Origin: Rhizophagus irregularis
Lineage: Eukaryota
DNA length: 64,000 nucleotides
Direction: 5' to 3'
Assembly: GCF_026210795.1 (NCBI RefSeq)
Contig: NC_089433.1
Location: forward strand, 1,488,001-1,552,000
The notes under the pieces are model-generated. The model did no database searches, was not told the origin of the DNA, and was given only the letters and a program-made list of their open reading frames with translations. The position numbers and the translations under genes were made by a program. This document shows positions 62,488-64,000 of this stretch, piece after piece. Every line of letters begins with the position of its first letter. Position 1 is the first letter of the stretch.

Positions 62488-64000
62488 ACAATTTGGAAAT
62501 TATATCATGTGATTTTAATAATTCCCGGTGGTCAATTTTTTATTATTACCTTTTAATTATCGTATAAACCTACCTTTTGAAATTTTTATAATTTCTTTAA
62601 TATCACTTTTTTTTTTAAATTAACCTTATTAACCTTATTAACCATTTACCATTTACCATTTACTTTTTACTTTTTACCTTTTAATTAACTAACCTTTTAA
62701 TGATCAACTTTTTTAAAAGAAAAAAAAAAAATTTTTTTTTCTTGGTAATCCATAATCCAAAAGTCCAAAACAAGGTATACCATTGACCGGAATTAAAAAT
62801 TCATCATTTATTATTATAATACCAAAATTAGAAAATTAGATTAATTTCCGAGTAGTCCGATTTAAATACATCTAACCCCGATTTTTCACCCTTTTTAACT
62901 TTTAAAAGTAACAAAGTTATTAATTAAGCATATAAATTATTTCACATTATTATAATTATAATAATAATAATAATAATTACATTATTATCATCAATGAATT
63001 ATTATATTGATATCATTTGGAAAATCTTTTAAGAAAAATGGTGGCGTGATCTTAAATAATCGACATAATCAATCACCAAATAAAGGGGAATACCGCGATA
63101 ACCTATTAAAAAAACTGACACTTTACTTTATATATCTCCGACCGCGTAACTCTTGGCAAAAAAAGGTGCATAAAATAAATAACCTAATTTTTCTTTTTAT
63201 TTTATTACGAAATGATCTTCCAAATGAATCTCGGTCAAAAATAATTTTTATACACAAATTTCTCAATATATATATTGAATGAATTACCAAATTTAGTATT
63301 AAAAGATTTTCATCTTTTGTAAAAAAAAACAATATTATTTTTTTTTTAAAAAAAAAAAAATTAGAATAAAAAAATAAAAAGGAAAATATAAAAGGGTTAA
63401 AAAAATCTTATTATTTTTATTTGTCGTAATCGTCATATCCTTCGATCAGATCGATCACTTTTATCAAATGGAGATTTGTTTTTTTTTTCGGAAATTCGGA
63501 GATACCTGTTTAACAAGTTGAATCCGAAACCCGAAACCTGAAGTTTAAAATTTTTTTTTTTTTTTTTTTTGAAGGTTTTCATATGAAAAAAAAATATTAT
63601 GAAGATATAATTATCTTAATTACCGGAATTAACGGGATGACCGGAATTAAACAAACAATAAGGAATAAACCCCAATATCGAATATTTAAAGCATTTGATA
63701 ATTTAATGAGGATATTCTTTATTAAAGGAAAAAAAAAAAAAAAATTTTCGGATAACTAAGTTCGGATAACTGACGATGAAAATGGGGAATATAAAATTCC
63801 ATTCTGACAAATAATCAATCGACATTATTGACATGATAAGTTTTAAGAGATTTTGGGGGATATACGTAAAATGTAAAATATTAAAGATTCAAAGATTTTC
63901 CGGCGGAATTTATATAAGATATTTTGATATTATAATTGGTTAGATTTCGGGAATTTTTTTTTTTTAAAAAAATTCCATTATTAAGGAAAAAATCAATGTA

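Noticed and set aside
62500..64000. ORFs at 63007-63332
   Set aside because: Low-complexity, overlapping on both strands, no domain signal

Overview
Very AT-rich, intron-rich eukaryotic DNA. Gene content (Sel1 fragment, Kelch-TM protein, REase-fold protein) and TE style suggest an arbuscular mycorrhizal fungus (Glomeromycota, Rhizophagus-like); this is an inference. The first 37 kb is a nested transposon field. Its core is a 26.6-kb block (8536-35129) with CACTA-type termini and a 3-bp CTA duplication, lying inside a pogo/Tc1-like MITE. The block is best explained as one ~295-bp palindromic CACTA MITE (core 18171-18463) whose two terminal inverted repeats (TIRs) were hit five times by non-LTR retroelements. 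Four are copies of an ~8.2-kb APE-RT-RNaseH LINE and one is a 1.26-kb apparently non-coding partner. All face outward, lack poly(A) tails, and are separated by copies of the terminal ~15 bp of the TIR (GGTTTTTGAC[T/C]AGT). The T variant occurs only on the left arm and the C variant only on the right arm, so the motif is target-derived. This points to a LINE that is sequence-specific for DNA-transposon ends. Also present: a long tRNA-headed SINE, MULE/hAT/Harbinger/pogo MITEs, a Helitron, a Helentron-like element, a decayed SNF2 helicase and tandem arrays built from splice-signal units. From ~38 to 50 kb are spliced host genes: REase-fold protein, Gemin2, inositol polyphosphate 5-phosphatase, Kelch membrane protein and a Gyp7-like Rab-GAP. 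The remainder is AT-rich TE debris.
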